From: Macrostomum lignano
Lineage: Eukaryota
Assembly: GCA_002269645.1 (NCBI GenBank)
Contig: NIVC01000666.1
Span: 186,001-250,000, forward strand
Length of the DNA: 64,000 nucleotides
Direction of reading: 5' to 3'
Of this stretch, positions 60,942-64,000 are shown piece after piece; position 1 is the first letter of the stretch; every line of letters starts with the position of its first letter. Under the pieces are notes generated by a model. The model searched no databases. It worked only from the letters and a program-made list of their open reading frames with translations, and was not told the DNA's origin. The translations under genes and the position numbers were made by a program.

Positions 60942-60963
60942 AGTTGCATCACGTGATGCAACT
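60942..60963. promoter_or_regulatory. Perfect 22-bp palindrome AGTTGCATCACGTGATGCAACT (E-box core with two inverted TGATGCAA half-sites)
   Basis: Self-complementarity checked by hand; lies in a CpG-rich stretch upstream of COX. Function inferred only. Confidence 0.4.
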
Positions 60964-61129
60964 GATACTGCGAGCTACAGGGGTCTTTATTTCAGTTTGG
61001 GAAGTAGGCAACTGCAGGTCATTCAGTAGGTCGATGAGTGTAAACAGAAACATTGATATCTGTAGATTAGAGAACCAGCTTGGGTAGATAAATGGCGATG
61101 GATACCTGGACAGAAACTAATAGATGATA

Positions 61130-61151
61130 GATGATGGATAGATAGATAGAC

Positions 61152-61184
<33 letters not shown>

Positions 61185-61205
61185 TATAGATAGATAGATA
61201 GATAT

Positions 61206-61248
<43 letters not shown>

Positions 61249-61337
61249 TATAGATAGATAGATAGATATATAGATAGATAGACAGATAGATAGATAGATA
61301 GAAAGACAGATAGATAGATACATAGATAGATAGAGAG

Positions 61338-61368
<31 letters not shown>

Positions 61369-61373
61369 GATAT

Positions 61374-61404
<31 letters not shown>

Positions 61405-61463
61405 TATAGATAGATAGATAGATATATAGATAGATAGACAGATAGATAGATAGATAGAAAGAC

Positions 61464-61536
<73 letters not shown>

Positions 61537-61537
61537 T

Positions 61538-61572
<35 letters not shown>

Positions 61573-61659
61573 TATAGATAGATAGATAGATAGATAGATA
61601 TATAGATAGATAGATAGATATATAGATAGATAGACAGATAGATAGATAGATAGAAAGAC

Positions 61660-61726
<67 letters not shown>

Positions 61727-61951
61727 AAGACAGATAGATAGATACATAGATAGATAGAGAGATGGATAGATAGATAGATAAATAGACAGATAGATAGATA
61801 GATAGAAAGATAGATAGATAGATAAAAAGATAGATAGATAGACAGATAGATAGACAGATAGATAGATAGATAGACAGATAGATAGACAGATAGACAGATA
61901 GATAGATAGACAAATAGACAGATAGATAGATAGATAGATAGACAAATAGAC

Positions 61952-62010
<59 letters not shown>

Positions 62011-62408
62011 AAGATAGATAGATAGATAGAAAGACAGATAGATAGATACATAGATAGATAGAGAGATAGATAGATAGATAGATAAATAGACAGATAGATA
62101 GATAGATAGAAAGATAGATAGATAGATAAAAAGATAGATAGATAGATAGACAGATAGATAGATATATAGATATATAGATAGATAGACAGATAGACAGATA
62201 GACAGATAGATAGACAGATAGATAGATAGATAGATAGACAGATAGACAGATAGACAGATAGATATATAGACAAATAGACAGATAGATAGATAGACAGATA
62301 GATATATAGACAGATAGATAGATATATAGATAGATAGATAGACAGATAGATAGATATATAGATAGATAGACAGATAGATATATAGACAAATAGACAGATA
62401 GATAGATA
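61130..62408. repeat. (GATA)n compound microsatellite, about 1.3 kb
   Basis: Read directly. Confidence 0.98.
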
Positions 62409-62869
62409 AGCAACACTTACAGCCAGATGCAGCACAGCCTGTGCCCCACCCACTCAAGCTCAGTCTAAAGAGTTAAACTGGATTCAGCCAGGCAGCAACA
62501 GACATAAATTAGGGGCAGGAGAAAGCAGACGCCACCCCAGAGTCAAAATTGGAATGCAGTCAGACGAGTGGGCAGGGGGGCTAATTAATAAAAGCCGCCA
62601 GTGAAATGGAGACTGTAAATAAACCAGTCAGACTGACTTTTTTAAACACTGTCGCTCCAGCAGCACAATGGAATGCTCAAGCCAGGAAGGCGCATGAACT
62701 GACAAATGAGACTTGAGGGGGCGGGGGAGGGGGCGATGACTGGCATTCCTGCTCCGCGCTCTTTGATCTCAAACGAAATACCGCATTGTTTATCTTCATT
62801 TGCTGTTATAACCATTTTATTATAACTTCTGGGTTATATTTTACGAATAATTCAGACCTAGCCTTACGG

Positions 62870-63900
62870 GGGAATGCAGACTCAGAGGAGAATGAAGACT
62901 CAAAGAGGAATGCAGACTCACAGGGGAATGCAAGCTCACAGGGGAATGCAGACTCAAGAGAGGAATGCAGACTCAAGAGGGGAATGCAGACTCAAGAGAG
63001 GAATGCAGACTCAAGAGGGGAATGCAGACTCAAGAGGGGAATGCAGACTCAAGAGGGGAATGCAGACTCAAGAGGGGAATGCAGACTCAAGAGGGGAATG
63101 CAGACTCAAGAGGGGAATGCAGACTCAAGAGGGGAATGCAGACTCAAGAGGGGAATGCAGACTCAAGAGAGGAATGCAGACTCAAGAGGGGAATGCAGAC
63201 TCAAGAGGGGAATGCAGACTCAAGAGGGGAATGCAGACTCAAGAGAGGAATGCAGACTCAAGAGGGGAATGCAGACTCAAGAGGGGAATGCAGACTCAAG
63301 AGAGGAATGCAGACTTAAGAGGGGAATGCAGACTCAAGAGGGGAATGCAGACTCAAGAGAGGAATGCAGACTTAAGAGGGGAATGCAGACTCAAGAGGGG
63401 AATGCAGACTCAAGAGAGGAATGCAGACTCAAGAGAGGAATGCAGACTCAAGAGAGGAATGCAGACTCAAGAGGGGAATGCAGACTCAAGAGAGGAATGC
63501 AGACTCAAGAGAGGAATGCAGACTCAAGAGAGGAATGCAGACTCAAGAGGGGAATGCAGACTCAAGAGGGGAATGCAGACTCAAGAGGGGAATGCAGACT
63601 CACAGGGGAATGCAGACTCAAGAGAGGAATGCAGACTCACAGGGGAATGCAGACTCAGAGGAGAATGAAGACTCAAAGAGGAATGCAGACTTAAAAGGGG
63701 AATGCAGACTCACAGGGGAATGCAGACTCAAGAGAGGAATGCAGACTCACAGGGGAATGCAGTCTCAAGAGGGGAATGCAGACTCACAGGGGAATTCAGA
63801 CTCACAGGGGAATGCAGACTCACAGGGGAATGCAGACTCACAGGGGAATGCAGACTCACAGGGGAATGCAGACTCAGAGGAATGTAGACTCAGAAATGCA
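62870..63900. repeat. 19-bp minisatellite (ACTCAAGAGGGGAATGCAG)n
   Basis: Read directly; three units give the 19-aa period of the 62786-63694 ORFs. Confidence 0.96.
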
Positions 63901-64000
63901 GATATGTTCTCAAGCTGCTCATTTTGCGCCGCAGTCAGAACAGCGAAAAAAAACAGCCAAATTTGGCAGTCAACCCACTTGACATGCGCATGTTTGGGGG

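Overview
Eukaryotic (animal) genomic DNA with GC-rich exons, canonical GT-AG introns and dozens of tandem arrays. Composition, polyQ/polyA-rich proteins and repeat-filled introns resemble a free-living flatworm such as Macrostomum (inference only). Ten protein-coding genes can be reconstructed by hand: two PLAC8-family genes (+), IFT27 (+), a type II membrane TNF-superfamily ligand of the EDA/Eiger type (-, plus a frameshifted duplicate of its last exon), SMCO4 (-), PEX2 (-), ZIP9/SLC39A9 (+), an SLC25A34/35-type mitochondrial carrier (+), an SNX7/SNX30-type sorting nexin (+) and a cyclooxygenase/PTGS with intact catalytic residues (-). Mobile DNA: a near-intact IR/DR Tc1 (DD34E), a 5' mariner fragment folded back on itself, a Penelope-like GIY-YIG fragment, a tyrosine-recombinase-like remnant, two copies of a tRNA-derived SINE and several MITEs. 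Most long ORFs in the supplied track are repeat artefacts. Main discoveries: (1) the mariner fold-back in ZIP9 intron 1 is a 74-bp duplex with 13 G.U pairs and no other mismatch; the changes read as A-to-G on the transcribed strand with the ADAR neighbour preference (5' U>A>C, never G), and the Tc1 TIRs show the same strand-specific pattern, as if RNA-editing marks had been fixed in genomic DNA. (2) PEX2, SLC25A35 and the cyclooxygenase lack a usable in-frame ATG, but each has a phase-0 splice acceptor where the N-terminus should begin, which fits the AUG-terminated flatworm spliced leader supplying the start codon. (3) An apparently vertically inherited invertebrate cyclooxygenase and a TNF ligand are present. 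All calls are from manual reading; no database search was run.
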